NCBI GenBank assembly: GCA_009914755.4
Contig: CP068257.2
Location: 25,088,001-25,152,000, forward strand
DNA: 64,000 nucleotides
From: the human T2T-CHM13v2.0 reference genome, Homo sapiens
Direction: 5' to 3'
Of the stretch, positions 12,863 to 26,229 are shown piece after piece (within the stretch, counting starts at the first letter, position 1; each line of letters begins with the position of its first letter). A program made the position numbers and the translations under genes. Below the pieces are notes generated by a model. It was not told the DNA's origin and made no database searches. It was given only the letters and a program-made list of their open reading frames with translations.

Positions 12863-14559
12863 CTGAATAATTTTTTTAATGAATGGCCCCACTATTTTAT
12901 TTTTTCCTGGGCCCCACAAATTCTATAGTCAGACCTGTCAATCCTACCAGCAAAACCTAACCCATCAAGAATGAGGACAAATATTAGGATTATCACTGCT
13001 GAAATAATTCAGTTTGTTCTCTTTAGAGATTTTCCAGCCAGCTTTGCAACTGCTATTTAAGTCCACTCTAAAATATTCCTCATTTTAAGAAACAAATTAT
13101 CAGCTCATTTCTATCGAGATGTTCAATGCTTATATTCCCAGTGACTTCTATACCCCTTTAAATCACTGCTTGTTTATAAGAACACAACTTCTGCAACAAA
13201 ACAGTTTAAATTCATTAGCCGGGGTTGTCATGGTCAATTGCATAGTGTTTTATTTCCTTTAGCTACAGGGCAGTTTATAATGAACACATCTGACTGTGCC
13301 TAAATAAATATTGCATATGATAGTTCAAGTAAAAAATTCATGACGGAGGGGAAAAGCCAACCAGATCTCTGGAAAGAACCAAGATGTTCAATGTTGAGAT
13401 ATATTTTCATTGCTTCGCTTTGGTAATTTAGACTCTTGTCTTGAGGTACTCTTTCAAGAACTAATAACTACTTTTTTTTACCTGGTGATTGCCTGAGTTA
13501 CATTTGGCCAGGGGATGATTTCCAGGGTCTTAAGTGCTATTGCACGACCACTGTCACATCAGACGATTCAACAATTTCTTCTCTAACAAAAGGAGCAAAA
13601 AGGACTAACCCAAATCCAATTGCAATTTTCTCTAGACAAACTCTTGATTGGCAAAATTATGGGGATGCTAATGACCTGGATATTGTACATTCGTATTCTT
13701 CACAGTGATTGTCTCTACCCTTGGCCAAAAGAGAGTGTTGAGAGAGACAAAAGTACTCTTGATGGCTATCAGCTGAGCTGGCCTGGCTCTAACAATTAGG
13801 CCATGGTGTTCTGCTGAACATAAAGAATGTCACATAACACTGCATCAGACAAGGCCACTCTGCCTATGATAGCACAAGACAAAAACAAACCACTCCATAT
13901 TTATATCTGACTGAGCACAGCCAAAATCCAGAACACAGTGCAAACTAAGAAATAACCAGACATCCCTCTCCGTTAGCTAATACGAGTAACTGGTACTTCC
14001 TTACCAATTCTAGTGTGGCTCTACTTTATTTCTCCTGCCTTTATATAAAAATAATTAATACACTTCAAACATAGAACAGCCCTTACTTTGACAGCACTTA
14101 ATTCAGAGCACAGCCACGTGTTCTCAAATCTTCTACAAAATCATCTAACATAAGCTCCAGTTCTCTAACCTCCCACTACCACCCTCAACACAGAGATGCC
14201 CCATGGCTCACCATGTGTTCTTCCTCACAGCAAGAAGCAATTAAACTCACCTTTGTTTGACTACCAGTTTGTTTCTAGTAGACTCTGACTAGAGGACATT
14301 GATAGTTCTTATCTCAATTCTTAATTTTAATTATATCTTTCTTTTTTTTAGTTATTTGTTAACATTGGGTTACTTACAGATGATAACAGCAAGAATTGTG
14401 TTGATTTCATTCACTTTGCATTTGCAAAGCCTGGTATATTGAAATCTGTTAACAAATACTTGTAGAATGAATGGGGATTAAAGGAAATCTGAGAATAGGA
14501 AAAACACAATATATTTGACTTGAAAATTTTTAAAAATTATCTTCTTTTCTATGTAATAC

Positions 14560-15000
14560 AGTATAAACCAGTTATGCCAAAGTTTGACAAGCCTAGAATC
14601 AACATCCTTACTTTATAAAGACTTACCTTAAAAGCATAACCACTACAATGGAATATTATTTGACCATAAAAAGGAATGAAGTATGTACTGATACCTGATA
14701 CAACAGAGATGAATCTTGAAAACATTACACTAAGTGAAAAAAGCTAGTCACAAGAGACCATTTGATATATGATTCTATTTATGTGAAATGTCCAGAAAAG
14801 GCAAATCTGTACAGAAAGTTGTTTAGTGGCTGCCTAGGGCTGGGGGATAGAAGGATTGGATGTGATAGCTAAAGGGCATGATTTTTTTGTGGGGTAATGA
14901 AAATATTCTAGAATTTTTTGTGGTGATGGTTGTACAACTTTGTGAACATGCTAAAACCCATAAATCATACAATTTAAATGGGTGAATTATATGTATATAA
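14560..15000 (+). mobile_element. Ancient L1 (L1M-type) 3' end fragment
   Basis: caatggaatattatttgaccataaaaaggaatgaagtatgtactgatacctgatacaacagagatgaatcttgaaaacattacactaagtgaaaaaagctagtcacaagagaccatttgatatatgattctatttatgtgaaatgtccagaaaaggcaaatctgtacagaaagttgtttagtggctgcctagggctggggg...gtggtgatggttgtacaactttgtgaacatgctaaaacc...tttaaatgggtgaattatatg matches the L1M 3' terminus. Confidence 0.7.
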
Positions 15001-15105
15001 TTCATATAATTATTTGTATGAATTTATATGTATAATTTATATCCTTATGTACATATAATTATATGTATAATTTGTATCCTTATATACATGTAATTCAATA
15101 AGACT
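14990..15105. repeat. AT-rich tandem repeat (~35-bp unit, about 3 copies) in the L1M 3' terminus
   Basis: atatgtataatttatatccttatgtacatataatt / atatgtataatttgtatccttatatacatgtaatt, then a partial earlier copy. The single-copy counterpart in L1M is gtgaattgtatggtatgtgaattatatctcaataaa. Confidence 0.7.
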
Positions 15106-15622
15106 ATTACCCCAAAATAACCATCAATACAGCATTTTGTATCTACTAGAGATGTACTTTTGATATTTTTAGTGACATGAAAGCACATTATTAATATAAA
15201 GTTGTGCAAAATATGAAGACACAGAAATGACTACACAATGTGATGTGAAGTATATTTATAGACAGACAGAGAGGTCTAAAATAAAATGCCTTAAAATGTT
15301 AATGCTATTTTAGCTGCATTTCAAGTGATTTTTATTTTTAATTACACAGTTTTCCTATTTTCCAAGTATTCCATGATGAGAAGATATTACTTATAGTCAG
15401 AAATACGTTACAAAAATATTCTAAGTATTATAATTTTTTGTGACATAGTTTTATTGTTAAATAGAAAAAAACTTTTGGGTTCTTTCAAAGCAATCATACT
15501 TTACAGAGGACACAGGAAATATATATTATACATATACACATTAATGATTATGAAAAGGGTATCTTTTTTGACACATAATGATCACCTTCACAAGAGAATA
15601 GTATGTCAGAGATTGACACCTT

Positions 15623-16180
15623 CTTTTTTTTTATTATTATACTTTAAGTTCTAGGGTACATGTGCACAACTTGCAGGTTTGTTACATTTGTATACATGTG
15701 CCATGTTGGTGTGCTGCCCCTGTTAACTCGTCATTTACACTAGGTTATCTCCTAACGCTATCCCTCCCCCCATCCCTCACCCCATGACAGGTCCCAGTGT
15801 GTGATATTCCCCATCCTGTGTCCAAGTGTTCTCATTGTCCAATTGCCACCTATAAGTGAGAACATGCGGTGTTTGGTTTCCTGTCCTTGCGATAATTTGC
15901 TCAGAATGATGGTTTCCAGCTTCAACCATGTCCCTACAAAGGACATGAACTCATCCTTTTTTTATGGTTGCATAGTATTCCATGGTGTATATGTGCCACA
16001 TTTTATTAATCCAGTCCCTCACTGATGGACATTTGGGTTGGTTCCAAGTCTTTGCTATTGTGAATAGTGCCGTAATAAACATATATGTGCATGTGTCTGT
16101 AAAGCAGCATGATTTATAATCCTTTGGGTGTATACCCAGTAATGGGATGGCTGGGTCAAATGTTATTTCTAGTTCTAGAT
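15623..16180 (-). mobile_element. L1PA 3' end (5'-truncated insertion, ~560 bp) with TSD
   Basis: Plus strand reads ttttttttattattatactttaagttctagggtacatgtgcacaacttgcaggtttgttacatttgtatacatgtgccatg...ctagttctagat. ORF 15758..15946 (-) reads FVGTWLKLETIILSKLSQGQETKHRMFSLIGGN, which is the L1 ORF2p C-terminus. TSD agattgacaccttc (15609-15622) and aagactgacactttc (16181-16195). Confidence 0.92.
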
Positions 16181-16980
16181 AAGACTGACACTTTCTGATG
16201 GCATTTGGTTATAGCACTGGAGTAAAATTACCAGCAGAATCAAAGACAAAATCTTAATTTTTCATAACTCAACACTGATATATCTTTAAAGAAGACAGGA
16301 TAAAATGCTTGCCACTGCATTTATGACTTCCCAGAATTAAAAAAAAAAAACTTTAGGTTAAAAAATCTGAAAATCTTCTTTAAAACATAATTTAAGAATA
16401 TCTCAAGTGCTATGTAAAAACTCTAAATGCAAAATACTTATAACTTTTGCAAAGAAAATGTTGAAAACTACAAAAGAACTTGTAGAGAAGGAAAGAAAGA
16501 TTAATTTTTAGAGGATGAAGCTGGAAAAATGTTGTTTCCTATGAGAAAGAATACGAGGGAAGAGCAACAATTTTGGTAAATAATTGAAAAACTCTGCATT
16601 ATAAGATTCAGTAGGCTGCTAATGCGGTCCTTAACATGTGTACATAAAAAATAAGCAACACAGTTCCTGTCCTCAAGAGGCTTCATGCTACCTGGGGACA
16701 CTAAACAAAGACAGGTTCAAAAATACTTAAGGATGTTTCTGGAACAATGTGTGACTAACAGCAAATTCACATTACAAATATGAACAAGCACTGAGAATAT
16801 GCAGCAAAAGATAGAACCAGCCCTGCAATTCACGTCGTGCAAACCAGGTAGGTAGAATAGGAGGACATCCTGGGGCACAGGCGTAAAGGCTCTTTAGGAC
16901 CCAGAAGTACATTTTATTCTCCTCTGAGAATGGTCTTAATGGACCCAGCTACCCCCCAATTCATTGATCCTCCTGTTAAT

Positions 16981-17371
<391 letters not shown>

Positions 17372-19200
17372 TAGATGTTTGTGTCCTCCAGAATTTATCT
17401 TAGGAGCCCTAATCCCTGTTGTTACGGTATTTGGAGATGGGGCTTTGGGAAGGTCAGAAGAGTTTGATGAGGTCAGGAGAACAGAGCCCTCATGATGGGA
17501 TTAGTGCCCTCGTAAAAAAAGATACCAGAGAGTTCCCCACAACTCCTGTCAGGACCCAGCAAGAATGTGGCCATCTGCAAGCAAAACCCTTATTAGAAAC
17601 CACCCTTCTGGACCTTGATTTCAGACTTCCAGCTTCCTGAACCAATGAGAAATAAATTTCTGTTGTTCAAGCCACCCAGTCTATTGGTATTGTGTTATGG
17701 CAGCCTGTGCTAATACAGCACACTTTCTTCTGACTCCTTAAAGACTTTACTTTTTAAGACATTTTAAGTATTGGAGCTCTGGTAAAAAAAATAAATAAAT
17801 AAATAAAAAAGAGGTAAAAAGTGTAATTAGTGTATCTGTACATTTTGTAAAATTCCGCAGTCGAAAGCAAGGATGGACTTTGTCTCTCCTTTTTTATTTT
17901 ACCTTATATATCTTAATTTCTTGACACGAGTTGTAGATTAATTTGATGTTTGATTCTCTTAAAATAGAGATAAGGAAAAGAATTTTCCTCTTTGCTGTGT
18001 CCATTATAAAAAAGGAACAGCCGGAAGAAACAATGATTTTGCTATCTTTTCATTTCCAAACATTTTTGAAAATTTGTCTTGGAAAGACCTTTTATATGCA
18101 TACTGAACGGTACTCATTTAAGTAGCCGATATCAAATCACTCTTTCTAGCAAATTTATTTGGTCAGTTTCTTAAAAATTTCTTTCATAGTAAATCCACCT
18201 GGAAGGCACACGAGGAGGATGATGTTCTTAGAACTCGGCTCTTGTTTGTTGCATGACAGGTGTTTCCACTGTCCTGGTGTGCATCTGGCAACAGCTGCAA
18301 CGAACCTTTTTCAGAATAAAGCCGTGTTTATCACTGTCCATGGTGAGGAACTTTGAGTCTTCATACAAGTGTTAAGTACAGGAGCTGGAAGAGACATGAC
18401 TTACTTTCTCAGAGGCTGGTTGTGCCCCCAGGCACTCCTGCAGTTCACCTGTTTTGGCATTTCAGACAGTGCACGCTTGGTCTCCAAAGGTAAGGAATTT
18501 GTGCTGCTATCTCTAATTAGCAGTAGAATATACTTATTTTTTCCAGCCTTGGATAAAATCATCCTGCTGCTTAGTCTGGCATAAAGCTTCTGTCAAAGTT
18601 CTGGTTAAAAAGAAAAGACATTTCCAGAGGGTAGTTTAGGAGACACGCTCTATGGCCACTCTTCTATGTAATTTAAATGTAATCTTTGGATTAAAATATC
18701 ATATGATGGCTGCAAAAGTCAATCGCAGCACCTCAGCATGCAATAAATTTACCTTCACTGGACTGTATTCTAATGTGCAGCTTGGGGTTTTTATCAAAGC
18801 CAAGCAAATTGAGGAACTGGATTTGTTATTAACACCACTTTTATGAACATCTTGCATTGCATCACTCTATAGTTCCAACCTCATGTCCCAGAAGAAAATG
18901 TATCTAAACATTTGGTACACCAGAGCCTTTGTATGGTTTGAGGAACTGATGTATTTCTTCTCTCAGGTAAAGCGAGAATGAGGTGTCACATTTTCCCCTT
19001 CACTTTGGATTCTAGGATGTATAGTTATGGCCTGTATCGATGCTAACTTAAGGTGTAGTATATTTGCTTTTCTCCTTTTTATTTTGTTTTCCTCCTTTTC
19101 TATGTTGTTGTTTTTATTGTGCTTCTTTTTTCCAGTAATTCCCTTTAAATCCTTGTGTTTTACCGTGGAAAAGAACAAACTTATGATATATATACATATA

Positions 19201-19493
19201 TTTTTTTTCGAGACAGAGCCTCACTCTTGTCACCCAGGCTGGAGTGTGTTGGCTCGAGTTTGGCTCACTGCAACTTCCGCCTCCCCAGTTCAAGCAATTC
19301 TCCTGTCTCAACCTCCCAAGTAGCTGGGATTACAGGCACCCGCCACCACGCCCAGCTAATTTTTTGTATTTTTAGTAGAAACGGGGTTTTGCCATGTTGG
19401 CCAGGCTAGTCTTGAACTTGCGACCTCAAGTGATCAACCCGCCTTGGCCTCCCAAAATGTTGGGATTACAGGCGTGAGCCACTGCTCCCAGCC
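19201..19493 (-). mobile_element. Alu (full length)
   Basis: ttttttttcgagacagagcctcactcttgtcacccaggctggagtgtg...cccaaaatgttgggattacaggcgtgagccactgctcccagcc. Confidence 0.95.
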
Positions 19494-20935
19494 AATTTGT
19501 TTTCTTTTAAATGAACATTAAAAATGAGAACTGTATAAACCTAAAAAATTTTTCTGTCTTCTAAAAGTTCAACTCCATAGGTCCCTCTCATGAAAGAGAG
19601 AAATCAGCAGCCATCTAACCTGGGCAATAGAGAGCAGGCCACTCCAATCCCCCTCACAGACATTTCCAGATGCTAAGAAGTCTTGTTTGTAAGAGATATA
19701 AAAACATGATGATGGTCTCTTTCCTCCTTTCAATAATACGTGAAATTTCGTGAAATCTAAAGGCAGTTACAACGGTCAAAAGGCTTGTGATGTTATGCTC
19801 AACTCTACACAAAACTTTGACATACACCTTGCTATTATTTCTGTGGACTTATGAGTAGGGCATAGAAAATTTCAGTTTGGTAATTTAACTGAACTTTGTC
19901 TCTAAGATAGATTAAACATAGCTAGCTTTAGATGTTCTTCTCCATATTTTTAATATTTCAGTATATTTTGTATACTTCATTTCTGACAAAAAAAATTAGC
20001 TTCATACAAAACAAAAAAGGATTAGGCTAGGATGAATTTATAAATATAGTCGGTTTTTTTCCCCCTTTTAACCACTTCACAATGATTTGCTTCATTTGTT
20101 AGGGTTGGTCTAATACAGGCATTCTTTTATAATTTGTCATCTATATCAATTCATTTGACATTTTCCTGAAGTATCCAAAATGTGAAAGGAAGAATACATG
20201 AATAATTGGTCAGAACTGTCTTTGTAGGATTCAGGGCATTTCAATGTGGAGCTTCCCTGCGTTGACATTGCCATTAGGATTAACACTTGTAGAAAACCCA
20301 ATATAAAGCAAAAGACCTGAGATGATGGAGAAGACCTCAGGTGGATGCAACCAAAAATTGAGGCCGGTGCTGTTCTCAGCTTGACATCTGTATTCTGCCT
20401 TCTCTTTATACCATCTTTGAAGGCTTATTCGCTGTGACAATTCCTGACTCACAGATGTGTTTTGAGCCCTTCTCAACAGAGTAGCTAGTTGCCAGGTGGT
20501 GCGATTTTTTAAAATAGAAAGCTAGAGAGAGAGTTTATTTTCAGAACCAATCAATCAAGCCCTACTATACATGACAATAAAATAGGCATAAGAGAAAATT
20601 GTCCTGATAATTGTCACAGGCTTTGATGCTAGATGCTTAGATCTCTTATAAATTGTAGTCAGTGGGGTTTTGGGTCATATTTAATTTTATTTAGAAGAAT
20701 TAATGTACCATTTTAGCCCCGAATTATTAAATTTAAATATGTGCCACTAAATCTGGAGCCACATCTGAACTTAATTCATTTCATGTTTTTTGGTGACAAT
20801 TTGGGTGCATTCCCAATGATACTGCAAACATATGAAAGGAGCGAATGAACTGAAATATGGTGGAGGAACTGAGAGTTCTCCTTGCTCTTGAGCTTGCACA
20901 AAGCCCGAAGGGCTTGCACAAGGTTCTTGCTTAGA

Positions 20936-21483
20936 AATAAAGCTTCTTTAATCCAATTACTGGGTATATACCCAAAGGAACATAAATCATTCTACCATAA
21001 AGACACACTCACGTGTAGTTCATTTTAACGCTATTCACGACAGCAGGGACATGGAATCAACCTAAATGCCCATCAACGGCAGATTGGGGAAAGAAAATGT
21101 GGTACATATACACCATGGAATGCTATGCAGCCATAAAAAAAATAAAATCATGTATTTTGCGGGAACATGGATGGAGCTGGAGGCCGTTATTTGTAGCAAA
21201 GTGACACAAGAACGGAAAATCAAATGCCACATGTTCTCACTTATAAGTGGGAGCTAATTAATGAGAACACATAGGCACAGAGAAGGAAATAACAGACACT
21301 GGAGTCTACTTGAGGGTAGAAGGTGGGAGGAGGGAGGGAATCAGAAAAAAATTACTATTGGGTAATAGGCTTAATACTTGGGTGATGAAATAATCTGTAC
21401 AATAAACCCCATGACACAAGTTTACCGAGATAATGAACCTGCACATGTACCCCTGTACCTAAAATAAAAAATTTTAAAAAAAG
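20936..21483 (+). mobile_element. L1PA-type 3' end fragment with poly-A
   Basis: ccaattactgggtatatacccaaaggaa...aatgcccatcaacggcagattggggaaagaaaatgtggtacatatacaccatggaatgctatgcagccataaaaaaaat... ORF 21066..21257 (+) reads FAGTWMELEAVICSKVTQERKIKCHMFSLISG, L1 ORF2p C-terminus-like. Ends ...cctgcacatgtacccctgtacctaaaataaaaaattttaaaaaaa. Confidence 0.88.
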
Positions 21484-21738
21484 ACAGTCTTGTGACCTTC
21501 CTGAGAGAAAAATTATACCACACTGTCTAGAAAGCTTATCTTCTACTAAGCAATCAATTTCAGGAACATGCAGAATATTAAGAGGAAGTGGACAAACCCT
21601 TAGCCACTCAGAAGTGGAAACTATGAGAAGCCATTAAACAATACAAAGACTGTTAATACTATTTCTGTTTTGTCTAAATAATTCTGCTTCTAGGAATCTA
21701 TATAAAATTATATGCAAAATGTGTTATAGTAGAATTCT

Positions 21739-21877
21739 TTTTTTTATTTTTATTTATTTTAGCGACGAAGGCTCACTATGTTGCCCAGGCTGGTCTCAAA
21801 TTTCTGGGCTCAAGCAATCCTCCCCTCTTTGCCTCCCAAAGTGCTGGGATTATAGGCGTGAACCACGGTCCCCAGCC
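21739..21877 (-). mobile_element. Monomeric Alu-like element (free left Alu monomer, FLAM-type) with perfect 10-bp TSD
   Basis: T-rich lead, then agcgacgaaggctcactatgttgcccaggctggtctcaaatttctgggctcaagcaatcctcccctctttgcctcccaaagtgctgggattataggcgtgaaccacggtccccagcc. This is the reverse complement of Alu positions ~1-120 only. TSD tagaattctt at 21729-21738 and 21878-21887. Confidence 0.85.
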
Positions 21878-22099
21878 TAGAATTCTTAGTATTTGACAAA
21901 AACTGGGAATAACTTCGATGTCCAGTGGTATGGAATAAGTACATGTATCATTTGGGAAATTCCCTTCCCTACTTTTCTATGTAGGATTATTTATTTCCTG
22001 GACCCCACGTTGCTCTCTTTTTTGGTTTTACTTGTTTGTTTTGCTGGATCAGATCTTCTGGGGGCTCATCGAGAAAGATTACAGAGAAAGGATGCAAAC

Positions 22100-22900
22100 A
22101 CAGTAATGTTTTAGAATATTTTTGTCTAAAAATGGCTTTAATTCATACTTATACTTAATGGTTTGATCGGATATCAAATTTAGTTTGAAATATTTTTTCT
22201 CTGAGTTGTGAAGATATTATGCTCTTCACTTCTTGATTTCAGCGTTGCTGTTGAAAGTTCTATGTCATAATTTTTCATCCTTTTTATATGACCTTATTCC
22301 AGGGTTCTGATATTTTACAATATGCCTTAGTGAGATTACTCTTTTCTATATTGTACTTTGCTTTTTGATGGACTCTTTAAGTCTGAAGTTTCATGTTTTT
22401 TTAGTTCCAAAGCTTTTATTTATATTGTTTTCTAGTGTATTTTTTTTCTGTCTTCTCCCTATCTTGAACTGGACATTTGACTCCCTGGACTGGTCATCTA
22501 ATTTTGTTAACTTTTCTTTACAATTTTGCATCTTTTTTTATTTATGTTTTATCTTAAGGAAAATTTATCTGATTTTATTATTCATTCCTTTCATTGACTT
22601 TTTTTATTCTTGCCATCATATTTTTTGAATTTCCAGGAATCTTTTCTTAAGTATTGCTTTTTTGTTCACTATTCCATATATTAAAATTATGCTGCTTCAA
22701 TTTTCCTTATCCATAAATTTCTATTTTATATTATCATTTGTCTTTTACTGCTGCTTTTTGTGCAAACTTCTTAATATATGTAGGATAGTAAAAAGAACAT
22801 ACTTTTGTCATTGTTGATTTTTTCTGTTGTATAGTTGGTGACTATGCTTCTGCTTCTTTCTTTTATCTTTCTTTCAGCTTACATTCCTTTTTTTCCAAAA
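22100..22900 (-). mobile_element. Possible ancient L1-derived sequence (antisense); weak call
   Basis: Strongly T-rich and low complexity, with F/L-rich plus-strand ORFs typical of antisense L1 ORF2. No consensus stretch was matched by eye. Confidence 0.25.
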
Positions 22901-23689
22901 TTTAACAGTTACCCACTCTATTACTTATATCTAAATAAATTGCAAATTGAACAAATACTTAAATATTTAAACAAAAATAAAAATTCTGAAAATTCATGAG
23001 GCAATTCGTTTATAACCTCAGAGTGAACAAGGCTTTTTAAACTGTTTTAAAATCCAAGGCAGCAAATAAATTAACTTTAACTACATTAATATAAAAATCT
23101 TCAATGCAAAAAATCATTAATTATGATTGACTCAGCATTTCTGCTTCTGGAAATCTATCCTATAGATATCTATACTCTACATATAACATTATGAAATTGT
23201 TTATAACGTGAAATACTGGAAGTGTGCATTAGTAATGAAATTTTTATTACTGTTGAATAATATGTAGCTAAAGAAAAACATGGCAATGCTTCCTGATAAC
23301 ATCAAATCCAAGGTATATTGTTAAGTGAATAAACCAAAATGCAGAATAGTGAATATAACAAGCCATTTTTTGTGCAAAAGGGAAAAATTAAAAATAAATA
23401 TATTGTATTTTCTTGTAATTTCATAAAGAAACATTGAAAAAAATAAGAAAATAAGAAAAGTAGTTTCTAAAGGTGGAAAAAAAGGGAAGAGCTTAGAAGT
23501 AGACCGGATAGGTGAGAGACTTCTCAATGCATGTTTTTGTATATTATTTTGATTTTTGTACCACATGAGTTTATATTCTATTCATTTATTAATATCAAAT
23601 ATATACAAAATAAAAATAGTCAATAAAATTCGAAAAAATATGTGTGAAACCTTTATGGAGAAAGTTATACAACTTTTAAAAGAAATAAA

Positions 23690-24010
23690 TGAGATATATT
23701 ATATTCATGAACTGTAAAAGTCGGTTCTCCTCAAAATGATTTATGGAGTCAATTCATGCTTATTCCAAATTTTAAGATTTTTAGTGGAACTTGTCCAGCT
23801 GATTTAAAAATTTTAATGTAAGTTCCAAGATCTACCAATAGGTAAGATAATCCTGAAGAATAACAAATTGGAAAGACGTGTGTTCTGCCAAATATGTAGA
23901 CTTATTTTAAAGCTATAGTAATAAATACAGTACAGTCAGAACAAGGATAGGCACATAGATCAACAGAACAAATAATGAACTCAGAAACACTCTATGCATA
24001 GATCTAGACG
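23690..24010 (+). mobile_element. Ancient L1 (L1M-type) ORF2 fragment
   Basis: ggaacttgtccagctgatttaaaaattttaatgtaagttccaagatctaccaatagg...aaagctatagtaataaatacagtacagtcagaacaaggataggcacatagatcaacagaacaaataatgaactcagaaacactctatgcatagatct resembles L1 ORF2 (...attgacaagctgattctaaaatttatatgg...ctacagtaatcaagacagtgtggtattggcataaggatagacatatagatcaatggaacagaatagag...). Confidence 0.55.
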
Positions 24011-26206
24011 TAGCAATGTTGCTTGTGTGGTAGGGATGTTAATATGCACCGCGTATCCATGTGCTGCCACACAACAGATCCCTTCACTTAGGCTGGAACT
24101 ACGTGACTAATTCTGACCAATGGGCCATGAAGAAAAGTGATGTATGTCACCTCCAGGCCCAGCCAGTTAAAACCTATTGGAGGGACAAATAGAGAGTCAC
24201 TAAGCTATGGCAATATTCAGTTTCTTGGTCTGAGTAGAAGATATAAAGATTTTGTATTATTAGTTTAGTTTAAAATTTAACTATTATTTTCTATATGTTT
24301 TTTTCCCATTTGTTGTGAATTATACAAATTAGAATAAGTGAAGAATGGTTTCCCACAAATATTCTAGGCACACAAAGAATTTTTTGTCTATTACTGCTGT
24401 TTGCATGGCATATTGTCAAATTTCACTACTTGGTACGTAAAAGATTTTTTACAATAATGGTTTTATTATGGATTCAACCTTTTAACAATATAAAAATGAC
24501 TCACCTTACTCCCTTTAATGATTTCTTACTTAAAATGTTATTTCTGTTATTAATTTTAGCATTGCATTCCTTTGTTAGTGGTTTCCTTGTAGAGATTTTG
24601 CTTCTTACTTTATTTCTGAATTATGTGTGTATAATTTTTAATGCATATGATTTTAAGAAACATTTAATTAGATTTAAAAAATCTCATTCTCAAGTTTTAC
24701 TCCTTTAAGTGGCAACATGTTCTGCAACCCAAATGTGCTATTACAACTATATGGTAGATTTTACTTCTGCCATTTTGCTTTATACTTCCTGGGTTTTAAT
24801 GTTTGTGATTTTTCTGCTTTTACTATGTAAATGCTTTTGCTCATTGTTATCTTTAGCTGTTTAGAAGGTAGACACCATGCTTTGAATTGAAGAAGTTGTT
24901 TATTATCATTTTTCAAAGCTGTGTGTGTCTATATGTATGCATATATGTATGTGTGTGTAAAGATGAAATTATGAAATGGCTATTTCTGTAGAGGCTGAGA
25001 GTTATGCAAAGATTAGGACTCAGCAAAGAGACAAGTGGTCTGGCAAACAAACATGGGCTTGCAACATGCTGCAGGGGACTTCACCTCTGAGGGTCTGGAA
25101 AAAAGAAAACGGGCTATTAGAAAGTATGATTTGCTTCAAAATGCAGCTGCTGGCTGCTTAACTCATTCCACAGGCACAGCTGTGGCATGCACTTGTAGAT
25201 TAGAAAGGCTCTACAATTTTTTAGATATTATTAGAAAGAATAATATTTGGCATTTCTGAGTTGCAATTGCAAGTTACATGATTTTAATTGTGCTATGGTG
25301 TTACAGCAATATACTAGCTTTATATTGTCGGGCCCTGGCCTGGGGTGGGGCAGTGGTATGTTCATTGCCTGCCACAAATACAAATTCTGGATTTGTGTTA
25401 AGGTCCAAGGTGGACACTGGAAGGGCTGGCCTTGGAGTTATATGGCTTGCCCACGAGCTCTAGCGATACATCATATGGACTTGAGGTTGAACAAATGTAT
25501 GCACAAGAGGAAAAAATCTTCCTTAGAAATCAAGTTTCTTAGACCTAAGCAATTTCTTATAAAGAGATGGTAAAATCAGACACAAGGCCCAGAACTGAAA
25601 ACATATGCTGAAGGGAAAGTGTGGAACTGGTAACACAGGTGGTCACCATAGCAAATTTCTCATCTTGGACCAAAAGAAGCAATGAATCAAATATGACTTA
25701 GAGAAGTATTGCATGCACAAGGAGCTTTTCTCCCTCCAGACATGGCCAATATACAAAAAAATCAAACCAAATTTGTAAATGTTCTATGAATTAATCTCAA
25801 GCTGGAAAAATTATTTTCTTCTTGAATGTAAATTCTCAGCTTCTGGATTCTTGACCACTGGCATTGACCAACTGGCATCTCGTTGAGCCTGAAGCCAATA
25901 TCTTTTTCTCTTTTCCACTGACATTCTGTGCATTTGTTATTGTTGGCAACGTTAAGTACTCGATAATAGGAAGATAATTTTGGCTAGGATAGTAACTGAG
26001 GAACTAGGGATAGCTTCTTTTCTAAATGTTGCTTGTGTGGGGTTAATGCTGGGATAATCTTGTGTCTCTTATTAAATCTTTAAATCCTTAATAAATGAGT
26101 CTCATGGGATATGTCTGGCATTGAACTAACCCAGACTGTGAAGCTCTTAAAAAGTTTGCACACATTCCACTGAGAAAGGTATTTCACCACCTCACAGGAT
26201 ACAAAA

Positions 26207-26229
26207 AACAACAACAACAACAACAAAAC
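26207..26229. repeat. (CAA)n microsatellite
   Basis: aacaacaacaacaacaacaaaac. Confidence 0.9.
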
